Assembly (NCBI RefSeq): GCF_006345805.1
Contig: NC_043000.1
Span: 72,044,001-72,108,000, forward strand
Length of the DNA: 64,000 nt
Reading direction: 5' to 3'
Source of the DNA: Octopus sinensis
Lineage: Eukaryota
The notes under the pieces were generated by a model, which was not told where the DNA came from, did no database searches, and saw nothing but the letters and a program-made list of their open reading frames with translations. This document shows, piece after piece, positions 12,290-23,930 of this stretch (position 1 is the stretch's first letter; the number at the start of each line of letters is the position of its first letter). Both the position numbers and the translations under genes were made by a program.

Positions 12290-12690
12290 TTATTATGTTT
12301 TCAGGATCCTCTATCATCATATGTTGTGGTGTGTGTTAGTGCTCCATTCTAGTTTTCTATTCAGGCTAGGTTTATTTTCTGTTATGTGTGGACAATATTT
12401 TAATTTCTATGTTATTGATTGATCCCTCGTGTTCCTGTTCGGCGTGTTGGTACAGAATCGATGAGCTTTTACCTTCCTTGAGTTGTCTCCAATGTCATTT
12501 ATCCGCTCTCCTATGCTTCTTGCCGTTTCCCCTACGTATGTCGTTGTCTTGTTACTGCATCGTCCCTCTATACATCTTATACTATAGACTACATTTCTGG
12601 CTTTACAGTTTGTTTGTGGGTTAAATCTACATACAGTACAGTACTTATCCGTACAGGGGGTTCTACTAAAAGGATAGGTTCTACCAATTA
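12290..12690 (-). pseudogene. Penelope-like GIY-YIG endonuclease fragment
   Basis: CKARNVVYSIRCIEGRCSNKTTTYVGETARSIGERI (ORF 12407-12736). Confidence 0.85.
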
Positions 12691-12730
12691 TATATTTGAT
12701 AGGGTTGCCTGGCTTTTCAACAACCTTAAT

Positions 12731-12932
12731 TCTCAACCTGAAGAAAATTCTAACTGGGCCGCACCTGCAAGGTCATGCGCTGTTTATCTTGATATGAGAT
12801 CACCATGTCGCGCACATATGGTTGTGATGCATGTGCCTGGTGTACCCTTAGACGGGTAGTCATGATGGGTATATTGGGCTTCGTATATTTTAACCCAGTG
12901 TCACTTTGATGGCACGAACTGCTCTCTCACTC
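12731..12932 (+). mobile_element. 3' part of the ~550-bp (AAT)n-associated SINE-like element
   Basis: Reverse complement of 23073-23270; followed by (AAT)n. Confidence 0.85.
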
Positions 12933-12976
<44 letters not shown>

Positions 12977-13158
12977 TAATAATAATAATAATATAATAAT
13001 AATAACAGGACATCACAACAGGCGTCTTTCGACTTAGACGAATTGAACTCAGCTGGCGTATTAGAAATGTGCCTTGGGGCAGAGAAAAAAATGTTGATGT
13101 TACCACGACCACTACCAGACCCAAAAGACCAGTAGTCGGCCAGTCGGTCACGTGTGAA

Positions 13159-13189
<31 letters not shown>

Positions 13190-13191
<2 letters not shown>

Positions 13192-14885
13192 AGGGGAATT
13201 ACATCCGTGTTTCGTCGTGTGCTACCACAACAGCTCCTTTATAGGATCCAGTTAGCTCAAGACATCATCAGGAGGAACCACGTCCGGTTTCGGCCCCTAC
13301 TCCTCTACCGTTTTGATGTGCCCCCACCCTTTCGGAGGTGTCTTCAGCTCTGGTGTTGGGTGCATGTCTTCTTTTTTCTTCTTTCTTCTGTTCCCTGGCC
13401 TCTTCGATGTATCGTCAGCGAGTGTCAGCCGGTTACTGACTGTCTTGTCAAATTTCTCCCTTTAAATACCTGCCGCATAGGCTCCAGCAAGTTGTCATGT
13501 GACACTGTCTCACCTTAACTGACTAGTGAAGGCGCGTAGTTTTAGCCCGCGCTTTTTCTAAACGACCGTCATCTGTCAGTCAGCTTGTCTCACCTAATGA
13601 CGTTATTTCCCGTCGGCGTGTTTATGACTTTCAAGCCATTTTCGGTCTTCCCGCTTCAGCCATATACAGAAGCTGGCTTTTTCGACCGCCTCATGTACTC
13701 CCCTTATTAGTTTACGCAGCGCGGGGCTAGAAAAAACAAATCTTCTTTTGAAAAGCGTTGTCATTTTCTTTTCAATGAAGCCTCTAACCCCCACTGCCAG
13801 GTGATAATATTCGTCATTCCATCCCTGTTCTCTGCATTCTTCGATTAGCTTTTCATACCTCTTCTCCTTTCGTTCTTCTGCGTTGCCGATGTTCTCTTCC
13901 CAAGGTACTGTCAGTTCTAGTAAAATTCCCATTCTCTGGTTTCTGTTCCGTAGAACTAAATCCGGTCTTTTTGTTGTTTTTATTAGTGGAAATACTACTC
14001 GTCTTTCCAAGTCCGTGGCCACCTCCCAGTATCCCTTCCATCTTTCGTCTATCTCGTATACTTTACTTGTAGGCCTGGTTTTATAACCTTTTCCCTCCTT
14101 GTGGAAGTATACTTTCCTGCACTTTTCTACTTTTGGGTACTCTCCCCTATTGTGCCTCTCGATCTTCTCCTTGAGTGCTGCGCTTATGACACCGAGGACT
14201 TGATTATGCCGCCATGTATATCTTTCAAGTGCTAGTCCGCAACTTGACAGAACATGTCTAACCGTCGCTTTCTCTCCGCATCTACACTCATCGGTTTTGC
14301 TTATGTTCCACCGGACTATGTTCGCCGGCGAGGGTAGAACGTCGAAGGTAGACTTGATCAGGAAGGATGTTCTTGCTTGTTCCCAAGCCCAAAGTTCCTT
14401 CCATGATATTCTGCGGTTGATCACATATTCCTCCCATCTCAGGCACTGTCACTGTTGACTGCATTGCACCAAATGTATATTTCGCCTTTCTTCTTCCTCC
14501 TTTCTCACTTCGTATACCACTGCCTCTTTCATCTCTTTTACATTGCTCTTGCAAAATGGCCTGAAATTTTGCGACCCTAGGCCGGTTGTAGCTTCTTGCG
14601 TCTCTCCGACTATATATGTTTACTGCCTCTTCCGCCTTCCATTTCCTCCCTGTTCGTACCTTTGGAGGGTTTTCCCGGATGCTCTGATCTTTTGAATACC
14701 TTAGCATCATTACTGTCCTTGCCTTTCCTGCCTTATATTCTTCGGCGATTGATGTTATTGGTAGTTGCAGCACGGGTTTTCCATATAGTGCAGTTGTATT
14801 CAGTGGTTTCGGCAGACCAAGCCATTTTCTGATAAACACATTGCATCTTTGCTCCATCCTTTCTACTCTACTCGAGGCTATTTCG
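13190..14885 (-). mobile_element. 5'-truncated HERO-clade (R2 superfamily, RLE) non-LTR retrotransposon with a ~410-bp structured 3' UTR
   Basis: IRKWLGLP...EEYKAGKAR...VRTGRKWKAEEAV; CCHC CRCGEKATVRHVLSSC, RYTWRHNQVL, RLE RPDLVL...LLELTVPWEEN...ERKEKRY (ORFs 14288-14944, 13603-14424). Confidence 0.88.
13259..13310 (-). ncRNA. Candidate non-circularly permuted hammerhead ribozyme in the HERO 3' UTR
   Basis: The - strand reads cgg-ta-gaggag ... ggggcc-gaaa-ccg ... ttcctc-ctgatga-tgtctt. Stem I gaggag/ttcctc, stem III cgg-u/a-ccg, weak stem II. Confidence 0.55.
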
Positions 14886-14894
14886 TATATATAT

Positions 14895-15130
14895 ATGCAT
14901 GCATTTCGAGCGCTCGAAATGAGGAGTAGATAGACAGTCGACAACTGATGCAGGTTCGTTCTTTATGTTACTTGTCTTGTTTTCCATTTGTTTCTTTCAA
15001 TGTATTGAACTCATTTGTTTTTGTACTTATTCTGTCTTCCTAGCCTTAGAACTAATTGTGGGTGGTCTACCTCTTAAACGTCTACTGGGCAGAAACTTCT
15101 AATGTCATGTTTGTCTAAAGAATACCAAAT
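14895..15130 (+). repeat. Decayed PLE pseudo-LTR-like repeat, paralogue of 17232-17600
   Basis: Shared gctcgaaatgag..gtagatagacag..ggcaactgatg..ggtcgttcttt block. Confidence 0.55.
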
Positions 15131-15512
15131 ATACTCTTTTACTCTTTTACTTGTTTCAGTCATTACTATTAAAATTCTTATTTAAATCGCCAAAATACGC
15201 TGATAATAACTACAGAAATCAACCGTCCGAAGGTGGACGGGCTAAGACAATGTTTCAGCATACATTCAAGTATTTGGATTTTCCAGAAGGTAGACAAACT
15301 TTGTATCTCCTTTGATTAATGTTAATCCTTCAGCTATTCAATGCTTTTTTGGAGGCCTGCAACCGCCTATATTATTGATTTTGATATTACCATTTTTGAA
15401 TTGTTACACTAAATAATGGTAGAGTCAATGGTATCTTCGCAAATTATTTTTTAGTGAACTATTTTTCTCATGAATTATTGCCCCGAAGTGATATATATAT
15501 ATATATTATATA

Positions 15513-15591
<79 letters not shown>

Positions 15592-15766
15592 ATATGTTAT
15601 GTATATTATTACACACACACACACACATATATATATATAATGCTGAAAGCCCCTTCGTTCATGACTAACAATATATATATATATATTATATATATATATT
15701 TTTTTTTTTTGTACTTGTTTCAGTCATTTGACTGCGGCCATGCTGGAGCACCGCCTTTTAGAGTGG

Positions 15767-15917
15767 TGAAAGAGTACAGCAGGGATCACCACCTCCTGCC
15801 GGAGCCTCGTGGAGCTTTTAGGTGTTTTTTCGCTCAATAAACACACACAACGCCCGGTCTGGGAATCGAAACCGCGATCCTCCGACCGCAAGTCCGCTGT
15901 CCTAACCACTAGGCCAT
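15767..15917 (-). mobile_element. tRNA-derived SINE 5' part (family of 18424-18812)
   Basis: Reverse complement of ~18434-18580. Confidence 0.75.
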
Positions 15918-15983
15918 ATATCTATATATATCTATATATAGATCAATAAATGGTGGGGTTGTGTTGACCGCACGTGGAGAAAT

Positions 15984-16796
15984 GATAAGTAAGGAAAAAT
16001 TTATTTATTTATTTTTTTTTTATTTTTTTAAATGCAGAATGCTCAAATGAAAGAAAATTTTAATAAAATGAGAAAATGAGAAAATATATAAATGTATATT
16101 TATTCAACCGGTTTTCGTCATTGTATGACTTGTCAAGAATATTTATGTTTTAAGAAGTTTTTTTAAAAATTAGAAAGGGGAGAAAAAGAAAATTGCATTG
16201 TTTTTTGTAAAAGAATAATGATAAAAATGTACAAAAATTAAAAAATAAGTTCTCCGATACATTGTGAGTTCGTTGTGTATCTTGCGTTTTATGGTTGTTT
16301 ACGAAAAAATTACCTTGAGGTGTTAAGATCTAAAGGGATTAAGAGCATGTGTTGTGTTGTGTTGTTAAATTCAGCATGTTTGCAGGACATGCAAACATGT
16401 TTGCTGTCCTGCAAACATGCTGAATTTAACAACACAACACAACACATGCTCTTAATCCCTTTAGATCTTAACACCTCAAGGTAATTTTTTCGTAAACAAC
16501 CATAAAACGCAAGATACACAACGAACTCACAATGTATCGGAGAACTTATTTTTTAATTTTTGTACATTTTTATCATTATTCTTTTACAAAAAACAATGCA
16601 ATTTTCTTTTTCTCCCCTTTCTAATTTTTAAAAAAACTTCTTAAAACATAAATATTCTTGACAAGTCATACAATGACGAAACCGGTTGAATAAATATACA
16701 TTTATATATTTTCTCATTTTCTCATTTTATTAAAATTTTCTTTCATTTGAGCATTCTGCATTTAAAAAAAAAAAAAAAAAAAAATTTCCTTACTTA

Positions 16797-16798
<2 letters not shown>
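15984..16798. repeat. 815-bp near-perfect spacerless palindrome
   Basis: Arms match except at homopolymer lengths and one extra T at 16390; centre gcaaaca|tgtttgc at 16397/16398. Confidence 0.93.
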
Positions 16799-16843
<45 letters not shown>

Positions 16844-16870
16844 TATATATATATTATATATATATATATG

Positions 16871-17215
<345 letters not shown>

Positions 17216-17231
17216 GGAGACTTATAATATA

Positions 17232-17600
17232 AATAATATTTATGCATTTCAAGTGCTCGAAATGAGTAGTAGATAGACAGCCGGCAACTGATGAAGGGTC
17301 GTTCTTTATTTTACGTGCCCTGTTTTCCATTTGTTTCTCTCGTTGTTTGCGTATTGAACACATTTGTTTTTGCACTTCATATTGTTTACTGTTGGTGACG
17401 TCCTGTACCCATATATGCATGTATATATATATTCCCTTCTCTAGATCTTTCCTTTACCTATGTTTCTGACGAAGAGCTCCGCTCGAAACGTAAGACCCTC
17501 CTTCTTCCCTTCCTTCCTGAGCGTCCAATAATACTATATTTGTTCCATGTCCTCGCGTTGTTGTACTTTCTCTTTGTGTTTTCAAGCTTGGATTAACTTT
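17232..17600 (+). repeat. PLE pseudo-LTR-like repeat containing a minimal hammerhead
   Basis: Paralogues at 14895-15130 and ~57640-57790; hammerhead at 17462-17496. Confidence 0.6.
17462..17496 (+). ncRNA. Minimal type I hammerhead ribozyme
   Basis: gttt-ctgacga-a-gagc-tcc-gctc-gaaa-cg-ta-agac; GUA site, predicted cleavage after 17492. Confidence 0.75.
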
Positions 17601-17635
17601 ATATATATATATAATAGTATTTTATACATAGATTT

Positions 17636-17858
17636 ATTTCTTTACTACCCACAAGGGGCTAAACACAGAGGGGACAAACAAGGACAGACAAAGGGATTAA
17701 GTCGATTATATCGACCCCAGTGCGTAACTGGTACTTAATTTATCGACCCCGAGAGGATGAAAGGCAAAGTCGACCTCGGCGGAATTTGAACTCAGAACGT
17801 AACGACAGACGAAATACGGCTACGCATTTCGCCCGGCGTGCTAACGTTTCTGCCAGCT
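17636..17858 (-). mobile_element. tRNA-derived SINE
   Basis: B box gttcaaattc on the - strand; the same family occurs at ~27700-27840 and ~40870-41010. Confidence 0.7.
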
Positions 17859-17859
17859 A

Positions 17860-18391
17860 GGGAACCACTATGTGGAAGCTCTTACGCTAGAAAGAGATCC
17901 GCATAGGTCTCAACCACTGGTGTTAAATTGATGTTATAAAATTAATATCCAATTTTTCACCCTCATTTTGATTTTAATTTTAAATTAATACGTTCTCAAA
18001 CCGGCGAAAACTACTGCAGTGAATTATTTATGCAGTATTTATTTCCGGTAATTTAGCGCGCCTAAACGAGGACTTTTGAAAATAACCGCAGATATAATAG
18101 GTGGAACTACATGCATTTTCGACCTCGTGTTGATATGTGGCGTGTAGTTCTACAAATTATATCTTACTAAGAGGATCACACTGACGATCTACAGATAAGT
18201 TGTGTAAGTAAAATTACGTAATTTATTAATAGTGAAACAATTGTTTGTGATTAATCTATATTTTTGTTATTTTTCATTTGTCTTGCTCGCTTACGTTTTC
18301 TGGTGTGCTAAACTTTCTGGAGAACAATTCTTAGTGGTTGAGACCTATGTGAATCTCTTTCTAGCGTAAGGGCTTCCACATAGTGGTTCCC
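17860..18391. mobile_element. MITE with ~60-bp terminal inverted repeats
   Basis: gggaaccactatgtggaagc...ggtctcaaccact (17860-17919) is inverted at 18333-18391. Confidence 0.75.
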
Positions 18392-18423
18392 TCTTATATT
18401 TATGTATGTATATATATATATGT

Positions 18424-18812
18424 GGAGGCACAATGGCCCAGTGGTTAGGGCAGCGGATTCGCGGTCATAGGATCGCGGTTTCGATTCCCAGACCGGGCGT
18501 TGTGAGTGTTTATTGAGCGAAAACACCTAAAAGCTCCACGAGGCTCTGGCAGAGGATGGTGGTGATCCCTGCTGTACTCTTTCACCACAACTTTCTCTCA
18601 CTCTTACTTCCTGTTTCTGTTGTACCTGTATTTCAAGGGGCCGGCTTGTCACTCTGTGTCACACTGAATATCCCCGAGAACTACGTTAAGGGTGCACGTG
18701 GCTGTGGAATCTTCAGCCACTTACACGTTAATTTCACGAGCAGGCTGTTCTGTTGATTCGGATCAACCGGAACCCTCATCGTCGTAACCGACGGAGTGCT
18801 TCCATCCATCCA
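18424..18812 (+). mobile_element. Full-length tRNA-derived SINE
   Basis: A box tggcccagtgg, B box gtttcgattcc, (CCAT)n tail. Confidence 0.8.
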
Positions 18813-18827
18813 TATATATATATACAT

Positions 18828-20194
18828 TCATTATTTACATTATTAACGTTCGACGGATATTTGTCCTCATCTTGTTTGTTGTTAACACAACGTTTCGGTT
18901 GATATACCCTCCAGCCTTCTTCAGATGTCTTGGGGACATTTCGAACCTGCTTAGGTGGTTGTTGTGTCCTAGCATATGTGCTGCTGCTTTTAGTTTTCGT
19001 ATTTTCCAGTTGTGTTCTCTGTCTATTATTTTAACTTCATCCCACAGGGGGAGGTGGTCTCCATTTTTCCATACATGATCAGCAATACCCGATTCATCAA
19101 TATCTCCTCGTCTCACAGCTTTACGATGTTCGTCTACCCTTACTTTGAGGGGGCGGCATGTTTCGCCTTTGTATAACCTACCACAGCTGTATGAGATGGA
19201 GTACACGCAGTTCTTAGTCATATTCTCTTCTATTAGTGGTTTTACTCGAAGGAGATATCTGCGAAGTGTTGTATTACTCTTGAATACTGTCCTGATGTCA
19301 TATGGGCCGCATATCTTTTGTATCTTTTCGGAGAGGCCTTTCACATAGGGTAGACAGACTGTGGACAGTTTATTGGCCTCATCCTCTCTCTTCTTCATAA
19401 TTGGAGTGGATAGTATACTTTTGGGGGTAGTTGTTGCTTAACAGATCATTATTGAGCTTGATCATTTCTTTGTGGTGTGTATCACGATCGCTACTTATAT
19501 TCTTTGTACGATGTTTTAGGTACTGAGCAATCCCTCTCTTTACACTGTATAGATGGTGGGAATTGAAGTTGAGGTTTCGTCAAGTAAAGGACGGCTTGCG
19601 GTATACGGATGTCCTGAATCCGTATTTGGTACGTGTTATTAATACGTCCAGGAATGACAGTTGATTGTCTTTTTCCTTTTCCATTGTGAACTATATGGAT
19701 GGCTTTATTGAGTTCACATGATCTAACAGTACTTGGACATCTTCCTGGTGGGGCCAGAGTATAAAGGTTTCATCAACATATCGTTGCCATAGTGTTGGTT
19801 TTAGTGGTGTTAATCCTAAAGCCAAATTCTCAAAGTATTCCACGTATGTATTGGTATTACCGGTGATAATGGCGAACCCATAGTTAAACCCTCCTCTTGT
19901 CGATATATATCAGTATCCATACTGAAGTAGGTAGTTTCTACACAGAAGGTCAACATTTCCATCAAGTTTCTTATTGATATACTACTGCATTCTTTTAGAT
20001 GGGTGTCTGTCACTAGTTTATCTTGTATCTCCGATAGTGCTTCACTAGTTGTTCACCAAAGTCCCTAATGAGTACCCAGGTTCGAAATTTTCTCAAGACA
20101 CCTGAAGAAGGCTGGAGGTATATCAACCGAAACGTGTTAACAACAAACAAGATGAGGACAAATATCCGTCGAATGTTAATAATGTAAATAATGA
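18828..20194 (-). mobile_element. 5'-truncated Penelope-like element (RT thumb plus GIY-YIG) with inverted pseudo-LTRs
   Basis: EGLTMGSPLSPV, YVDET, PYVKGLSEKI, NCVYSISYSCGRLYKGETCRPLKVRVDEH; 18828-18949 is inverted at 20077-20194. Confidence 0.9.
18884..18929 (-). ncRNA. Minimal type I hammerhead in the PLE pseudo-LTR
   Basis: gacat-ctgaaga-a-ggctgg...tcaacc-gaaa-cg-tt-gtgtt. The inverted copy at ~20097-20140 has lost 2 nt at the cleavage site. Confidence 0.7.
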
Positions 20195-20195
20195 G

Positions 20196-21830
20196 CACGA
20201 ACTAGAGCCTCCGTTTCCGGTTTTAAATCACATTTAGTCATCCACAGACATCTTTTTCCTCAGTCTGTCTTACCTTCAACATCCCTATGAAATTGTCCAT
20301 GCATTCTTTTCTTTACCCACCTATTTTCAGTCTCATTCGTCTTAAATTGCTTCTACATCCTATACAAGCCTGACCTTCTTACCTCTAATAATAGCGGTTC
20401 TGTGGCATACATACATCTTATGTTGTTTTCTTCTGCTCTAATACTGTTTTCGCATCCAATAAGTCCTCTTCTCCCTCTTTTTCTTGATACATGCAGTCTG
20501 TCTGTGTCACTTTTTGAGTGGAATGTCCCATATATAGTTAGCAACTTCCTTGTCTTTCTGTCTAATCTGTTTAGCTCGTCTACTGTCCATGTAATTACCC
20601 CTGCTCCATATCTAAGGAGTGAAACCGCCCAGGTGTTGATAGCTTCACTCTCATTCCGTCCGATTATTTCGACTTAAGGATCAGTCTCAGTCTGCGCAAG
20701 TACTCCACCTTAAATTTCTCTGTCATTTCTCTCTCCATCAATTTATCTCTTTCCAAAATCCTCTAGTACTTATAGCCCGTCTCTTCTATCTGCTTCATAA
20801 CATCCCCCGACGGCATCGTTAGCCCGTCCATACATTTGATTTTGCCTCTCTTCAACACTATCACACCACACTTTCTCATATCAGCACTGAAAGTATGATA
20901 TCAGCACTGAAGGTATACACCGTATCAACGAGGGAACTGACTTGGGATTCATTTTTACCATAAAGTTTGAGGTCATCCATGAATAACAAATGGTTGACAT
21001 TTTGTTGGCTGCTTTTGAATACATACTCAGCATTTGCTTCTCTCAGAATCAGTGTTAGTGCTATAGCACAGAACAAAGATCAGTAGGGAGAGACAGTCCT
21101 CTTGGAAGATGCCCCTCCTGATTTCTACTGTCCCTAAACTTCTTCCGAATGCTGTCAGGTCCGTCCTTCAATTCGCCATACTTTTTCCAAGCAATCGCTC
21201 AACATTCGATGCAATACCAAATAGGTTCCTACATTCCATAATCCAAGAATGTGGGATCATATTGTACGCCTTACGATAGTCGATCCATGACATGGCTAAG
21301 TTACTTTTCCTCCTCTTGCAGTCTCTGAGTACAGTTTTATATATCATGTGGCAGGACTCCATTTTTTTACCAGACGTTCGTACATTCACTCTGCGAGTAT
21401 TCCAGTCAATAACTTCCACGTAAGTGGCAAACAGGATATCGGCCTGTAATTGTCTACCGTATTGCCTTTTTCGATGTTTTTCAGGCACAGCACTGTTCTA
21501 CCCAATGTCAATCACTCTGGGTTACTTGGTCGGCATTTAACAAAGTGTTGAGTTGAGCAGCTTTTCGTGCATGACATTCACGAAATCTTTTGATCCAGTA
21601 GCCTTGAACTCAATCTGGTCCCGGGGCCGCCCAGTTGCCCATTTTTTTTCTGAATTCCTTCATTTCCTTAACTCAAATGACTAGTTCTGCCTATTTTGAG
21701 CAGACTACTGTTTGTTTCAGTTCTCGCAACTACTCAGCATCCTTCTTGTGCTCCTTGTCTTTGCTCCAGATGTCACTCCAAAATCTTTGACTTTCATTGT
21801 TATTTGGTATTAACTTTTCATCTGGTGGCA
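20196..21830 (-). mobile_element. Degenerate R4/Dong-type non-LTR fragment
   Basis: MSWIDYRKAYNMIPHSWI, NHLLFMDDLKLYGK, SDTDRLHVSRKRGRRGL, MHGQF..KPET. Confidence 0.85.
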
Positions 21831-22337
21831 GCAACAGCAACAGTAAAAGGGGTGGGAGTACTTGTAGTAGTGGTAGTTGGGCCTCAAATTCCTGTGCTAT
21901 CAGAATAGTAGTAGTTGTAGTATGAGCAGCTGCAGCATATTTTTATCATTTTTATTTTTATCATTATCACCATCACCTTCACCAGCACTACTATTGTTAT
22001 TATCATTATTACTATTTCCATTTATTATTAAAAGATTTTATTAAATGTTCTTTATGTTCAACGTTTGTCTTGTACTTGAGATAATTATAAATATGTGGTT
22101 GTTGAAGGAAATAGTTGGGGGAAGAGTAGCAGCTTCGGGAATAGATTAAATTCTACAGGTCTATAAATAGATTCGGCAGACGGTGGGGAGGTCAGCAATA
22201 GAAGACAAAAGAATCTTTGCACCCTTTGGGTCAGCAGAAGTCAAATGTGATTACTACTACCAGCGACCACTGAGAGCGCTGAACTTGACCTTGAAAAAAA
22301 AGCAATTTACTCTCTTCTATTTGTAATTACTGGCAGA

Positions 22338-22427
<90 letters not shown>

Positions 22428-22467
22428 AATAATAATAATAATATAATAATAATAATGATAATATATA

Positions 22468-22503
<36 letters not shown>

Positions 22504-22996
22504 TGTATGTATGTATGTATGTATGTGCGCGCGCGTGTGTGTGTGTGTGAGTGTTAAATATTCACGTCGTTTAATATTTTAAAGTTTTAAAGTTTTCTTG
22601 AGAAGTTCGTTTGTCTGTCCAGTTGGAGAATACAGTAGTGTTTTTGCAATGAAATGGATGTTTACATCTTCGAATACTCAGGGAGAGAGAAAAAGAAAAG
22701 AAAAGGAGGGTAATATTTTCTCTCAGAGAGAAAGGAAAGGATAATTTATTCATAGAAGTTGTAAATATTAAAGTTTTTTTTTAAGCTGATCGTTTGTGTG
22801 TTCGGAAGCTGTAGATATGTAAGTTTCCTAACTTATTTTGAGAGAGATTTAAAATACTCACACGAAATTGTAGATATTCCAGTCTTTGGGAGTTATTTTA
22901 CTGTTGTCCTATTGGGTTATATTTGTATTTCTATGTCTTCGGCTGCTGAATGGTCAGGGCAGTTAAGAACACGTCCAGCCGCTGTCAAGGCTGGCG

Positions 22997-23072
<76 letters not shown>

Positions 23073-23625
23073 GAGTGAGCGAGCAGAGTGACACTGGGGT
23101 AAAATATACGAAGCCCAGTATACCCATCATGACTACCCGTCTGATAAGGGTACACCAGGCACATGCATCACAACCATATGTGCGCGACATGGTGATCTCA
23201 TATCAAGATAAACAGCACATGACCTTGCAGGTGGAGCCCAGTTAGAATTTTCTTCAGATCGAGTAACCCATCCCGCTCAAAAGGTCCCGAATAAGGGTTG
23301 TTTAAGGACGTTGAACGAAACACCCATGTTTCCAGAGGTGAATTATTCAAACCCCAAAGAATCCTTCTCAACACATGGCTATGATGCTCCCCCCTACTTC
23401 TGCTCGTGATCAGAGATGCACATATCGTCAGCCACTAAGGGACATGCTCAACTGGTTAAGGTCAAACAACTGACAAGCAAATCTGTGGTATTGAGCAGAA
23501 TATTTGCTGTAGCCCATCTTTTATACCAAGACAAAACAATATACATGATAACACTTCCAATCAGTTAAGATCAGAAGCCATGAGAGCCACTGCCTGGTAC
23601 TGCATCAGGGCATGGTACTGCATCA
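23073..23625 (-). mobile_element. ~550-bp SINE-like element inserted in (TAA)n, copy 1
   Basis: Near-identical to 25710-26277 and 26340-26888; flanked by (ATT)n on both sides. Confidence 0.85.
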
Positions 23626-23628
23626 TCA

Positions 23629-23715
<87 letters not shown>

Positions 23716-23930
23716 TTGCTACGGAGTACATCAGACGTATTTTAAGTCCTCATTAATTTCATTGCATCCATCCGTTTGATGTATTTTGTTTGGAATTTTC
23801 GTTCCAGGTTGTTACTGAAAACTCCAAGAGCCCGTTACTAAATTTCTTGTGACTGTTTGGCGCAGTAGGGGGTAAATTTCGGTCCTCTAGAAAATCACCC
23901 ATAAGGTGTTTAGAAACAATAATTTTATAA

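Noticed and set aside
12295-12330. atgatga...gaaa on the - strand after the GIY-YIG fragment
   Set aside because: Core C3 is missing and stems I and III do not pair; at most an unrecognisable relic.
13200-13271. Conventional type I hammerhead using ctgatga and the downstream gac-gaaa-ca-cgga-tg-ta
   Set aside because: The 3' strand (attccc) cannot pair with the 5' strand (ttcctc), so stem I is absent; the permuted pairing fits better.
17245-17300. gctcgaaat...ctgatgaaggg as a type II hammerhead
   Set aside because: Stem I does not pair, and the paralogue at ~14940 has ctgatgc, breaking the core.
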